From the NCBI RefSeq assembly GCF_041956535.1, contig NW_027192211.1, forward strand, positions 74,044-138,043: DNA of 64,000 nt, in the 5' to 3' direction. The notes under the pieces were generated by a model. That model saw only the letters and a program-made list of their open reading frames with translations. It had not been told where the DNA came from and ran no database searches. This stretch comes from Calcarisporiella thermophila CBS 279.70 (Eukaryota > Fungi > Calcarisporiellomycota). Each line of letters opens with the position of its first letter. Position 1 is the first letter of the stretch. The translations under genes and the position numbers were made by a program. Shown one piece after another: positions 25,507 through 39,816 of the stretch.

Positions 25507-26813
25507 CTAGTATTCTACCACCGGTATGTAAAATGTCAATACACCCGTCTCCACTCGATCTCTTTGTGAAGTTTGTCCAGGAGTTGCCAAATGTTGATGA
25601 TTCACATATACATAAAACACAATAGCGTGATGTTCAATTATGCAGCACACCACATTGCTAGGAGAAACATGGTAAGTGTTAAGGAATTTAACGAAATTTT
25701 TTACATCAATTCGGGCGGATGCGAACTGGTTTTTGTCACGCGTCTGGGAAGGAACGCGAGCAGCTTCGCTCTCGGAATATTCTATATGTTCATAACCGAA
25801 AGGATTGAAAAATTAATGCATGTGTGAATATACCAGACAAGAATTGAATAGCAAGATGTAACGTACCCAGCTCAGGATTAAAGAGTCCCTTATAATAAGT
25901 TTCCATTGTCACCATATTGGCTTCACATTTAAGGGTAAATTCGCCGTTCATGTTCGCCGAAATTACGACATAGTCGCTTAGTGATTTCATGCGCTCTGCT
26001 ATAGTCCGAACTGAAAGTAAAGGAGGCATCATTATGTGAACCTTAAGAAACCAGACCGCTCGAAAGTCAGGATATATACAAAAACCAGCAAGCTCAATTT
26101 CCAATCTTATACCTGAGGATCAGGGCACATTGGCTCTCTAACCATCTCCATCTGCTGCGGAGAGAGAACTCGCACAGGTATATCTTGAGTCAAAGACTGC
26201 TTCCGCCCCATTCGTGTCTATTCAAATAAAAAGTCAAGTTAAAGTGTAAGAATACACTCTAAAGAAGTATTAGCGACATACTTGACTTGTAATCGCGAGT
26301 GAGAGCATAGGAATATTCTCTTTTTTAGTCAGCTTCATCATGATTTCCAGCGCTCCTTGCGTGGATTTTAGTGCACGAATCAAATACTCGATGTAAAAAT
26401 CCAAATAAATCTCATTATTAGAAGCGGACTGAATTCTATAATTCTCGAAAATAGAAGCCTAGAGAATAATAAATGGGATGAAAATTCCGATATATGCGTG
26501 TTGATTACATACAGCATCGAGTTGTCTAAAAAAATACGTTGGTATTCAATAATCAAAGAGGAATTCAGTCAAATATCACTAATACATACGACCACACTTG
26601 AACTCCACTATCAGGATCAGTAATAATAATAAAATGCAACTTTGCCGGCGTAAATTTCAGTAGACAAGTCTTTCCTAATTTCTCAATGCTTTGAGCAACC
26701 TCTGCAGCAAAACATACCAAACCAGGTTAAATAATCGTATTATGATGTAGATAATTGAAGCTTTACTTACTTGCCAGCAGATTTGGATTTGAAATATTCG
26801 TGCGCATCCTCAT
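25507..26813 (-). CDS. HUS1: 9-1-1 checkpoint clamp subunit Hus1
   Basis: Spliced: MRMRTNI...SGVQVWS, YRIQSASNNEIYL, LTQDIPVRVLS, VHIMMPPLLSVRTIAERMKSLSDYVVISANMNGE, LTFYIP. Confidence 0.92.
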
Positions 26814-26941
26814 GGTGAGTAGTTTAATATCCTATTTCTAATTGTGTCAACCGCGTTCAATTAATTTATTTTCAAGCCACCAAGTGCTACTTTACGTGTT
26901 TTTCGCGATTTTTCTTTGTCGCGAAATGAAAAGTTGACATT
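26814..26941. promoter_or_regulatory. Bidirectional HUS1/DPB2 promoter with CGCGAAA (SBF/E2F-type) elements
   Basis: 128-bp head-to-head gap. TTTCGCG at 26901-26907, CGCGAAA at 26920-26926, CGCGTT at 26852-26857. Confidence 0.6.
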
Positions 26942-29393
26942 ATGGCGCCGAAAATAAGTCGACAGATCTACCGTGCGTTCACCAAATCGTATGGGCTTAC
27001 ACTAAAAGCAGAAGCGGCTCGTTATCTCGAAGAAATACTTAGCGATACCCCCGCTGATGAGATAAATGACACTCTCGACCATATAGTGCGAACTTTTACT
27101 AAATATAATCAAGGTAATACTTGTGCAATAAATATTCATGCTAATATCAAATTTATATTCGTATACAAATATATGTATAGAATGCATAATTGTTGAGCGG
27201 ATCGCTCTGGAGAAGATAATCGAACATCTTCAAACTTCAGCACCGGGAAACCCTTATTTAGATAAGGTGCATGTCGACGACACACCACAAGTTCCAGCAG
27301 ATGAGCCATTCATAGATGAAGAAGAAGAACAGGACGAATTTGATCCTTCGCAATATTTAAATGTCATTAATGCATTCAACATGCCAAAAATACGATATCG
27401 CGCAGATATCAAGGGATTCTCAAGGTGAGTCCAAGTATATTATTAGAAGCAAGAAAGTTGACATATTTTTTATTGTATCAGTGATGCAGGCGGAGCTTCT
27501 CTATTTGCAGATGCATCTGCAAAGGCCAGAGTATTTCGAGAGCGATATGAAGTTATAAGACAGCGAGTTTTGCGAAATGAGACATTTTCTCCAGCCTCAT
27601 TTTCCACAAGGAGAATGAAGGAAAGCCTACAGGTAATTTATCCTACTATAGCCTGAGTAGAATGTGAAACTAATTTCACTCAATTCAATTTTACAAAAGT
27701 TAACCGCTATCAAAGCACTTCTTGGAAGACAAGGCGGCTCTTTTCTCCTTCTTGGAATGCTCACTCGTATGAGTGATGGCAATTTTTATCTAGAAGATCC
27801 AGACGCAACCGTCCTGCTAGATATGAGCGAATGTGTTTGTATTTTTTACCATGTTATTATTTTGCATTTTATGGCTCATTTTACCTTTTAAACTGATAGA
27901 CAACCGGGATTGGACTCTTTACCGAATCCTGCTTTGTTCTTATCGAAGGAGTTTACACTGATGACGAGGTATTCAAAGTATCATCGATGGGCCTTCCCCC
28001 ACCAGAACGAAGAGAGGCGAGCTTGTAAATTACTTTTCCATTTATTTCCATAAAGAATATAACTTAATTGCCTTGATTCCTTTAGAGCGGCGCATGGAAA
28101 TATTGACTTTCTAGGCTCAACAACCCCATTCATTGATCTTGTAAATAGAAAACTTCCTACACGCATTTAATGCAAAACTTAATAACTTTTCTCTCATGAA
28201 TTAGCCCTTATTAGAACGAAAAGAAAAATACTTTAAGAACATCAGTTTTGTTATCTTGTCGGATGTATGGCTCGACCATCCCAAGGTAATGGTTACAACC
28301 ATTTCTAGCTTATATATACACTTTTAATTTTTTTTTTGTATTTAGACACTTTCCAATATTCGTACCATGTTCCAAGGTTATTCCGCATACGTTATTCCGT
28401 TGGCATTTATATTCATTGGGAATTTTACTTCGAAGCCTTTTCTTTATTCTGGAAAAGAGTCAACGAAATACAAAGGTAAGCTCAAGCATGTCAGTAGATT
28501 TAATCACGCCTGGCTAAGATAAAAATGTAATAATTTTTGCATATTAGAATGCTTTACAGCTCTTGCGGATCTCATTGCTGAATTTCCCACATTAGCTACC
28601 TTTTGCTATTTCATATTTGTGCCAGGCCCACAAGATCCATGGGGAGGTAATACACTTCCTCGCCCGCCAATTCCAGAAGTGTTTACCGCAAAACTTCGAA
28701 ATAAGGTTAAAAGAGCTGTTTTTACTACAAACCCGTGTCGGTAAGGCATAAAAACTATAGCCAACCTCATATTCTAGCAATTTATTTACATAGCTGATTG
28801 TTTGAAATTAGTATAAAATACTGCACTCAGGAAATAGTAATTCTTAGAGAGGATATTCTAAATAGATTTCGACGAAATTGTGTGGTAACGCCAAACACTG
28901 CGCTGGAAGAAGATGAGACAAGACACGTAATTGTTTTCTATTTATGTTATGTTCCTTTCTCTGATCTTCTTTATATTTATACATGGCTCTGCTCAATTTT
29001 GCTATATAGCTCGTAAAAACTCTAATCGATCAATCGCACCTTTGCCCTCTTCCCCTCCATGTTCGACCAACCTATTGGGACTATGATCATTCACTTCGAC
29101 TTTTTCCAATACCTAATTTGGTATGCTATAAATCAATAATAGGGTCAAGTTTAATGGTTTTAATAATCTCTCGAGAATAGCTTGTCCTAGCTGACCGTTG
29201 CGAGCAGTATGGAGTTACATATGAGGGCTGTCATTGTGTCAATCCTGGCTCATTTGTTTCTTCGGACTTTTCTTGGAGGATGTATTATCCTGCAACGAGA
29301 ATATCAGAGAGATGGTAAGCTTGTTTCCCATATGCTTAGCAATTATGTTCATTCACGAGCATTATTTAAAATAGCGCACTTCCATCAAGGTAG
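26942..29393 (+). CDS. DPB2: DNA polymerase epsilon subunit B
   Basis: [80 protein letters not shown]. Many short introns. Confidence 0.95.
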
Positions 29394-29633
29394 TCCCAAC
29401 AAGTATAATTGTACTAGTTTGTATTTATTTTTCATACGCACAAAGCTTGGGTGTAGTGCCATTAAATTGTTCAAAAAATTAAACTGAATTAAAATGCTTA
29501 TTAAAATAACAAAACTACACCTTTTGGCACAGAAAAAATTAGCAAGATGTGAATCCAATCTTGCTAAAGAATCAATCTCGTCCATTTATTAAGTATATCT
29601 CAGAGGACATTTCTCCCATGACTTTACGATATT

Positions 29634-31047
29634 TTATTGAGCTGTAATTGATTCCTGTTGTGATTGCAATTGCGATGGATGTGTCGGTCCTGACGTATCT
29701 TTCAACGCCATGAGTTGCTTAGAGCGAAATGCCTCATAATGTATCTGAGCCGTAGTCTCAATAAGATCTTGAAGATGGGTGCGCGTTAGGAAGTTGCGTA
29801 GATGGACAAATTCACAATGTGTCTCATCCTCTACGTTAATGATACCCCATTTAGTGCGGCGACCCCGTACGAACTTGCCTTCGACTTCAACGCTGAGCTC
29901 GGAGCCAACAATTGCGAAGGGAATTATTGACTAAACTTTAAAAGTCAAGAAACTGTGAAAAAAAAATCTCTTAAAAATTAAATAGTCACCTTAATACTTT
30001 CATTAAGAGTGCGTTCTTGTTCATAATCCTCGTCACTTTCGAATGGGTATAGGTTGATGTTGTGAAAAGCCATTTCCTGTTTAATCTATTATAAAAGAAT
30101 GCGCAATAAATCAATCAAATACTCTCCATCATATTTTGATAAATGTGGGGGCTTACCCTCTTTTTGAATGCTATTCTTTCCTCCATCGTCAAAGAGTCCG
30201 CCTTTAGCAAACAATAATAAAATCATTAATATCCTCTCACTTTCTCTAAAAAAAGTGTCATAGATATGCTATTATACCTTGGCAATTACAGGCACTACAT
30301 TGACTACCTCGGAAAGTTTTTTAAGAACGACGATGTCAATGGGTTTGAGTGAATGACCGGTTGGCATAATGAAAAAAAGACAGCAATGAATACGCGTATC
30401 TTGGATGTAGCGGCCACGCTGTGCAGTAAGTTCCTTGCGCAGATAGGCAGAATGCTGGTCTTTAATGTATCTGATAATTGGATCCCAGCTAAAAATTATT
30501 AAATCTGTTGATTATTATTCGGCTCAACTGAAGTACTCCCCAAAGAATGTACGTGCCAATTCTCATTATTGACTTGGTCCCCATAGCCAGGTGTATCGAC
30601 GATATTTAGTTTAAGGCGTACTCCGTTTTCCTCAATTATATGAGAAACCACTTGGGTCTCTGTGGTCTGTCGGGGAGGTTCTGAAGCATTAGTTCTGCCT
30701 TTGGTATCGATCAAATGAGCAGCAAATATTGTGTTGACCAGCGTTGATTTACCGAGGCCCGATTGTCCTTAAATAAATGCGTATAAGTAAAGCAATATTG
30801 AATTTATTTTGTTACAAACTATTCACAATACCTACCACAAACCATAATATTGAATTCGAATCCGCGCTTCAGAAGCTTCTTTTCAATCTGCTGTGTGATC
30901 GTGTCAAATCCCACATATCCATTGAGGTTGGCCTATAGGTTAATAATATTAGAAATGCGTCAGGGCAGATTGCACATCTATTGTCGAGGTATTTTCAACC
31001 AGCCAATATATATTAAAATAACTCTTTATTGAACGAACCTTTTGCAT
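29634..31047 (-). CDS. CDC10: Septin Cdc10/AspD
   Basis: YVGFDTITQQIEKKLLKRGFEFNIMVV, P-loop GQSGLGKST, DTPGYGD, AKAD, RRTKWG, THLQDLIETTAQIHYEAFR; no C-terminal coiled coil. Start exon ATGCAAAAG|gt is inferred. Confidence 0.93.
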
Positions 31048-31778
31048 CGCTGAAACTAACATTTATACTGTAGTGATGTTTTGTAGGAATATGCCTGTTA
31101 GTGAGTGGAAATTTGGAAAATATGGACAGAGAGTATTGATAGTATTGAAGGAACTGGTGAGATATACTACCGAAATGTGGGATGTTTGATAAATATACTT
31201 TAAAATTCAAATATGAAAACCAGTTCACTTTTTATTCGGAACTCGAATTACGATCGATAGTTATAAACATGGCAAAAACTTAATATCACGAATTCGGATA
31301 GCGGATGCCTTTTTTACCATACGACTATAGGCCCAAATGTTGAAGAGATGTGAATGATCATGAGAAATATTGAGTATAGCTGACCCCATCCTCTCACTCC
31401 AATTAACGCCAATGTAATTGTGGGTTAAGGATCATAACCAGTTGTAGTCTGCCGAGTTTATAGCAACTCTAGTTATATTTACTATAACTGAATAAAGGAA
31501 GCAGATAAGTATCTATTGTTATTTTGGATTGATAGAAATAAATGAAGGGCTTTTAACGAAATCATGCCATTACTAAACATGTCGTGCTCTTGTTACTTAA
31601 TAACAAATTTAATAAAGAAGTAAATTTTAACCTGATTTTTACGCGTAGTTTGTACACAGTACAATTTATAGTAAATGATTTCACATGATATAAAATGGCT
31701 ATTCAGAAACCTACAAAATTGCAAAATTTATTAAATTAACAGTTCATAAATAATAGCGCGCTTATTGAAATTGAAATA

Positions 31779-32791
31779 ATGTCTTCTCCTGTTCAAGTTT
31801 ATCGTCGCCCTGGTGGATTTCCTGTGACAATTGTAGTTTTGAATCGACCCGAAGCGCGAAATGCCGTTGATCGTCCTACAGCGGAGGCATTATCCCAGGC
31901 TTTTCGTGAATTTGACAAAGATGAAAATGTACGATATAATGTTTAGTCCTAGCATTATCAAATATTCATTCTATCTTTTTCATTCTTGTAAAGTCGAATG
32001 TCGCAATTCTTCATGGTTCTAATTCCAATTTTTGCGCGGGCGCAGATTTAAGAGCAATGGCTGAATCTAACGGAGAAAGAGTGAATAGACTCTCTGATGA
32101 TATGCACGAAGATGGGCCGATGGGAATTACGAGAATGCGATTGTCCAAGCCAGTTATTGCGAGTGTAGAGGGTTATTGCGTGGCAGGAGGATTCGAACTC
32201 GCCTGTTGGTGCGATCTCAGGGTTGCAAATCCAGACGCACAGTTTGGTGTTCTATGCCGATTAAGAGGAGTCCCACTTATTGATGGCGGGACATTGAGGT
32301 AGCTATTTTTCTCATCTTATTATGGCTTACCCACTAATTACTCAATCAATGCTTATTCTCTTCCTTATTTACGAATTTCCCTCATATCTAACCTACTAAA
32401 CACACCCGTAAACTAAAGGCTTCCTGAGCTAATCGGCCGTTCCCGAGCTCTTGATCTCATCCTCACTGGTCGACTTATTTCGGCAAAAGAAGCGTTGGAT
32501 ATAGGCCTGGTTAATCGTATTGCAGCGTCCACTTCACGCAACCTTCCCGATAGTCTTCCACTAGAATTACGAAATTCGCTATCTCTACGTTCTGCATTTG
32601 ATCTTGCCCTTCTTCTTTCTTCTCATCCACAAACCTGCCTTCGTAACGATCGTCTCAGCGTTTACCGAGCTTACGGCAAGGAAGAACTTGAGGCATTGAA
32701 AATCGAATTTGAACATGGCATGAATACACTAAGCAGTGGTGAATTTCTATCGGGTTCGAGGGAATTTATACAAAAGAAGAGTAAACTATAG
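31779..32791 (+). CDS. Crotonase/enoyl-CoA hydratase family protein
   Basis: LNRPEARNAVD, FCAGADL, GPMGITR, KPVIASVEGYCVAGGFELA, GVPLIDGGT, LILTGR. Ends SKL*. Three exons. Confidence 0.92.
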
Positions 32792-33436
32792 TGCGCTCGA
32801 GGGCCTTTATTTATGCCGTTGAAATTTCAGTAGTTCGATTTGTTTTATTTTATTTGTCGGTATTACGATTATATTTACGATTGGAACAGGACGAGAGTGC
32901 GTTTATAGTATTGGCATTACCAACAAAAGATGAGGCTTGAAAATGAAACATAGATAGCGACATCCCAACACTGTTCTTCCGCAGCTGTATCCTAAAATAT
33001 TTGGTAGTATTTGACTTTTTTCCCTAGCCATCTTCCATTGTCAAACATTATAAATATAGTGTATATCTTTCGACTGCGCCTATGGCATAGTGTAAACTAA
33101 TATAACGTAATATAAGTGTTCTCTCAACTCTTCTTTAAATCATCAAATAAATCTAGAGAAATATATTTTACTATGTCTAATATTTCCATCAACTATGGTT
33201 TTTTGGTAAAGAATCGTATCGGAGTTTCAAATGTTTGAAATGAAAAGCGTTCATCGATACTCTTTGAATCCTCCTCTTTCTCGTTGCGAGCATACGGGTA
33301 AGTTATAGTTAAATATGTGAAGAATACAGCTTTATACGAGTTGGATGGATGGATGACTGGATGGATGTTCTTCAGAGGATAAAAATAGATATAACCAGTT
33401 TGGAGGATATCGTATTACAATTTGGGTGCTGATTGA

Positions 33437-34283
<847 letters not shown>

Positions 34284-34459
34284 TTTCGTTTCAAAGTTTT
34301 GTTTTAATTATTACTTGTTTTTTCTCTATTTCCTTTTTCTATATAAATCTTTTTTGCAAATAGTTTCATATTTCCGTTGAACAACCAAGTTTTGAAAAGT
34401 CTAAAATACGATATATTTTAGAAGAAGGGTTCACTATGTATATTACAGTCAAAATATGT

Positions 34460-36164
34460 CTAAGAAGTCTCTCCCTTCTCCGCATCCTGCTCCAACCACT
34501 TGGCAAATTTCTCCAACCGTTCACTCTCTTCCTCCTCCTCATTAGCATCTTTCATTCCGCTGCGTAGATATCTCGTTTTGCCGTCGTAAATTTCGGCTGT
34601 AATCTGGCGACCAGCGAAATAGCGACCATTCATAAGCTAATAGTGAAAAAAAAAATAATTACATGAATATTTGAAGACGATCTGAAGTGTACAAGTATTA
34701 ACAAGCATTACCTCGACACATGCTAAAGCACCTTCTTTTTCTTTATATCTCACCGATATTATCCCGCCTGGAGATTTCTAAGTTTATCCATATATGAAAG
34801 CTAGTTCATCTAAAGAGAATTGCAAGGAGCTTACGTCGTAAAGGATAACATTAGTAACTTCTCCCAATTTCTCGCATTCTTCTCGTACATCTTCCTTCAA
34901 GTCCAACATTAAAGAAGGATCTTTCTATATATAGTAGGCAGGTTGTTTACTGGTGTTGACTCTTGGCTTCAAGTTAGAAATACAATCTACCTCGATCTCT
35001 TCCATACTGAACATGTTTTTCAGCACTACAATCTTTGCAAATCGCTCAGCTCTTTTCCCGCCTCCTTCTTCAAACCAGTCCAGCTTTCTAAAAATAGACA
35101 AGAAAATATATTGGCTTTGGGAATTTGCAATTAGGTCGAAGTTGATGAAAATAATGTACTTCTCTAATTGCCGCATTCGCTTCTGCTTCTTTTTCTTTTC
35201 ATCTTTGCTAATATTATTTTTTCCTGTTGTTTCAGCAGCAGGCTTCGGCTTAAATTCAGCCTAGCTCATAATATTTTAAAAGCAAGAAAGTTTATGATGA
35301 AAAGTTTGCCTAATTCACCTGTTGTACTCTGATTTTAGTCGCTGGCTGCCCCGGTCTAAGCTCACTCTCATCTAGCAGTGTGATAGCAAGGGATACGGAC
35401 TCTTCCTTAAAGAATGTCACCAGACCGTCGCCTTTAGGTCTTCCCTTGTCATCCTTGTATATTTTGATTTTCTTATCGCCTAGTAATAGAGTGGCATGAA
35501 CTATGGCCTAGAAGAAAACGTTCTACCAAACAATTCTCACCTGTGTTTATATCCTCCATAATAATTCCACATTTCGAGAAAACTTCGGCAATCTCTTCTA
35601 GAGTTGCGTCTTCGGGAAGTCCTGTCACATAGACAGATGTGTTTACTGACTTCTTGGGCTGGTCTGATTTAGCGCGCTTTTCGCGTCCTTTTGCTTCCTA
35701 ACAGACGCAAGAGTTTAGCTGCATTTCTTATATTGTTACTTCAACTATATGAATGCACCTTATTATTTGGCTTCCGCTTGCCATGCTGTGTCATAAAACC
35801 AGAATTCTCCTAACATATTCAATATATTATATTTATCAAAGTTGTAAATGGAGATACATTGATACACAAAAAGCTCACCTCCTGATCAACTCCTTCCACG
35901 CTATATGCAGCCTGTTGTGATTCGAGTAATTTTTGGTCCAACTAATGGAGGCAATCTTAGTCTGATACCATATTAGCAGCCGAACAAAGAAATACTCACG
36001 TATGGGAACCAAGCGCGCTGTTCCTCGATATAGTCATATATAACACCATCTTCCCCCTCATAAGTCCAGCAGCCTCGTATTTCGTCGTACTTCATTTTTG
36101 GATCCGTAGTGGACTCACCGGCCGCACCTGGTGGTATATTTGGCATCTTGGTTTGTTGATCCAT
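34460..36164 (-). CDS. HTATSF1: Splicing factor Tat-SF1/Cus2/Uap2 (RRM + UHM)
   Basis: AWFP N-terminus, VNTSVYVTGLP, KCGIIMED, KIKIYKD..KGDGLVTF, KLDWF, IVVLKNMF, DVREECEKLGEVTNV, MNGRYFAGRQI. Confidence 0.9.
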
Positions 36165-36292
36165 GGATTCTTACATCGGCATAGTACAAAAGTCTAAAGG
36201 AGGAATTTTATATAAATTGAGGTCTGCGCCTCATTTAACTTCGTGACGAGTTCGCCACCATTACTTTGATCACTATCATCGCATAAAAAACA

Positions 36293-37735
36293 ATGCTAGC
36301 TGATACGGTCGCTACACCTGCGGATCTTGAGAATCGGCTTGCTCACATCACAGCTATAACATCCCAAAAAGAAAAGGCCAGCGAATATCAGTCGCTCCTT
36401 TCTCAGTTAGAAGGCGCAACAAGTTTTAAAATTTTTGTGCAAGCTTTAGTGCATGAGGATGTTGGCCTGGTAGTATCACGGCAAGTTTTGAATGCATTTG
36501 CTCAAGAGTTAGAGAGACTACAGTTGGACGAAAAGCGAGAAGTACTGAATTATTCACTCGAACAATTGCAGCCTCGAGCCGTGTCATTTGAAGAACAGGT
36601 TGGATTATTCTCACAATATTTTATTTTATGGTTTACTTTTCTTTTATATATATGCTTTTGCATTATTTTTTTTTGCCAATAGATATCCGTAATAAGGGAA
36701 AAACTTGCTGATGTGTGTGAAATAGAAGAAGATTGGGCACAAGCTGCGCAGCACCTCCGTGGAATCCCGCTCGATTCTGGACATCGGTAAGTCTCTTTAA
36801 AACCAAATCCAATTCAATCGGTCCTATTATATTACCGCTCCCTTCATTAGTGCAATTTCAGAAGATTACAAACTTCGTATCTATATGCGTATAGTCCGTT
36901 TGCTGCTCGAGGAAGATGATGCGGTTACCGCAGAAATCTATCTAAATCGAGCCGCACTTTTGATACCTAATTGCACGAATCTAGAAACCAATTTACAATT
37001 TAAGTTAGCACAGGCTCGTATTCTCGATTTCAAGCGTCGCTTCCTTAGGGCAAGCTCCAAGTATCACGAACTTAGCTACGCTACCGAGATAGATGCGGAG
37101 GATCGCAATCGTTGTTTGTAAGTTTTTATATGTAACTCTAGATAACATAAAGTGATTTTGACGCGTGGGCTTTAAATAGATCGGCTGCTGTAGTTTGCGC
37201 CTTGTTGGCAGGGGCTGGCCCACAACGCTCGCGTATGCTCGCTACTCTATATAAGGATGATCGCACCCATCAGCTCCCGCATTTTGTGATACTTGAAAAA
37301 ATGTATCTAGATCGCTTGTTACGGCCTGAGGAAGTGCAAGGTTTCGCTGCAACCCTGCAACCACACCAACTCGCCCGCCTTGCGGACGACACTACCGTCA
37401 TGGATCGTGCGGTGATAGAACATAATGTACTCTCTGCTTCAAAAATATACAACAACATAACCTTTGAGGAGCTGGGCACCCTTCTAGGGACAACACCCGA
37501 TCGCGCCGAAAATGTTGCTAGCCGTATGATCAGTGAAGGACGGATGCAAGGCACTGTAGACCAAATAGACAGGCTGATTTTCTTTGAAAGTGGTGGAGGC
37601 GGAGAGATGCGGGCACAGCCGATAACATATAAATGGGATCAGGCAATACAAAATCTATGTCATCATGTAGAAGAGACAATTACGCTGATTGTTTCGAAAT
37701 ACCCTAAGTTTGTAGAGAGTAAGGCTGTCAATTAA
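36293..37735 (+). CDS. CSN4: COP9 signalosome subunit 4
   Basis: [70 protein letters not shown] domain. Confidence 0.96.
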
Positions 37736-37906
37736 TCATCTTATTCATGTATAATTGTACTCGGTATTTGAAAAAGAGCATTATCATCTTTATTCGTGAT
37801 TTATTTACAATCAAATTGAAATGGAGACATAAGATATATTATTATATATTTGAAAAATCCAAAAAGATAAATTCAAACCGTTATATATTATACAATGCAA
37901 TCGGAT

Positions 37907-39466
37907 CTAACTCCATTGCGTCATGATGTTGAGGAGAGGTTTACCGTTCTCTTTGCGCCGCTTTCTCTCATTCGAAATTTGTGCTGTGAAACTCGAGGAT
38001 TTAGAGCAATCTGGTGAACCGGCAACAAACAGGGATGCTTCACTACACATGTTTTTATCCAAAATTCCCAGGAGCCCCGAGTCCTCTTCGGCATATTCCA
38101 TCTCCTCTTCACCCAACATTTCCTTCCGTAGCGTCATCCACGACGTCACGTCCACGTGCGCTCTTAGTCGCCTTACCGCTTCGTGGTGGTCCGCCTGCAC
38201 TTCATGCTGTTTCCAGGTGGTAGAATGCATCCGACCCTCGAGAGGATAGTCGGTAGCCAGATAAACAGTGGAGACATTGTGCTGCTGTTGGAGTTGATGC
38301 AATAGATCGGTGAGCCTTTGAGCACACTTGGGTAGGCCTCGAGAATTAACGGTTTCCATTCCTAAATGCAGAGTAAATTAAAATCGGCTCCAATTTATGT
38401 CGCTGAGACCTATGCACTTACTCCAGTGAACCGCAATAAACGGTTTGATAGATTCGGCGATTTTGGATGCTTTCTCGAACCATCGGGGATTGTATCGCAG
38501 CCCTTCTGAGGCAGAAAGAAAAGGCAATCTGACATTGTGCCGCACAAGTAAAACATCCACATCAAGATTGGAAACCTTGTCCACAACCAAGCGTTCGGTA
38601 TCTTCAAGCTTCAGCTTGGTCCGCGAATTCTTGGAATCCGGCACCATGACGCTAGCTGAAGTCCTTAATCTCAAATTCATTCCACCAATGCAATCTTCCT
38701 TTGCCAAATCAGCTGACTCGTCTAATTTTCTTCGTTTCCAGCGTTTTTTCCGATCGAGTGTTACGAATTGGGCCGTTGGATTGCGCAACTTTGCCCACTG
38801 CTCGAATTCGGCCTGCGTTACAAAAGGAAATGAGAGTGTGGTATTGTCATAGTAATGGGAGAAAGGAAAGCGCCGGCATGCTCCAAGTCGACCCGATCCC
38901 GCATTCGGGAGCACCACGGTGCGATTCAATCGGATGGCCAGGGTTGCCAGTTGCTGGAAATGGATGCGAGCTTTGGATTCTTGTTCGCCTATGCGAGTTG
39001 GAAATAGAAAGCGGCAAGGCGAGTAGCCGCACAGGGCACGGTCAACCTCGTAGGAGTTCTCGGGAGGAGCACGGCTGTGAGAGGAGGATATGGAAATATG
39101 AAGGGTTCGCAACAGGAGGATATAGCAAAAAGTGGCGATAAGGACGGCTGTGAGCAGGAGCCAGTGAAAGCGGCGTGACAAGGACAGACGTGAGGGAAAC
39201 GAGAATACACTGTTTGAGACCTCGCATTTCTCCCGGGTAAGAAGGGGTGTTATATCGGTAGAAAGAGGGTGGCCTTCATAAGAGGCCTTCAGAGGAAGTT
39301 CCGGGGCAACAGTCTTTGTTGTTGGGGAGAAGCAGTCGACTTCGGATTCAGGGCAAGATTCAAGAGTCGAGGAAATACGCCGACGGTGGCCTCTTGGTTG
39401 CGTAGGGGGTTGCAGTGAGACGGTCGACGTCCCACTGAGCGGTGTAGTGCGTACTAGAGATGGCAT
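37907..39466 (-). CDS. GDP-fucose O-fucosyltransferase family (O-FucT) type II membrane protein
   Basis: N-terminal TM, EQESKA..H..QL..LA..LNRTVVLPN, FIAVHWR|MET, VYLATDYP, LGILDK, SSSFT. One intron. Confidence 0.75.
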
Positions 39467-39816
39467 AACTTATAGAGATGGATAGGCATATTTCAAGAGA
39501 TATGAGAGATCTTCTGAAGAACTGTAGGAAAGGAGAAAGGAAGATTTGGAAAAAAGAGAATTTCTCCGCTGATTTGCTTGGACTAATTGGCGTTAATATA
39601 ATTGGCAAGGGTTTTAGAGTTTTACGTTGGATAGAAAAATCGGTTACAGTGGTTGATCCATTCCGTGTAACCGCGTTCGGCAATTTTTATTCATCTGAAA
39701 CATGCACCATAGGCACTGTGCCTGCATCTGAAATATAATGCACGGTTATCTTTTATTCTAAGGGAAACTATAGGACGTATTCGTTAGTGATATTTCAATA
39801 TCCTCTGGATATCTGA

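Noticed and set aside
36165-36292. HTATSF1/CSN4 divergent gap is also exactly 128 bp
   Set aside because: No sequence similarity to the HUS1/DPB2 gap; treated as coincidence.
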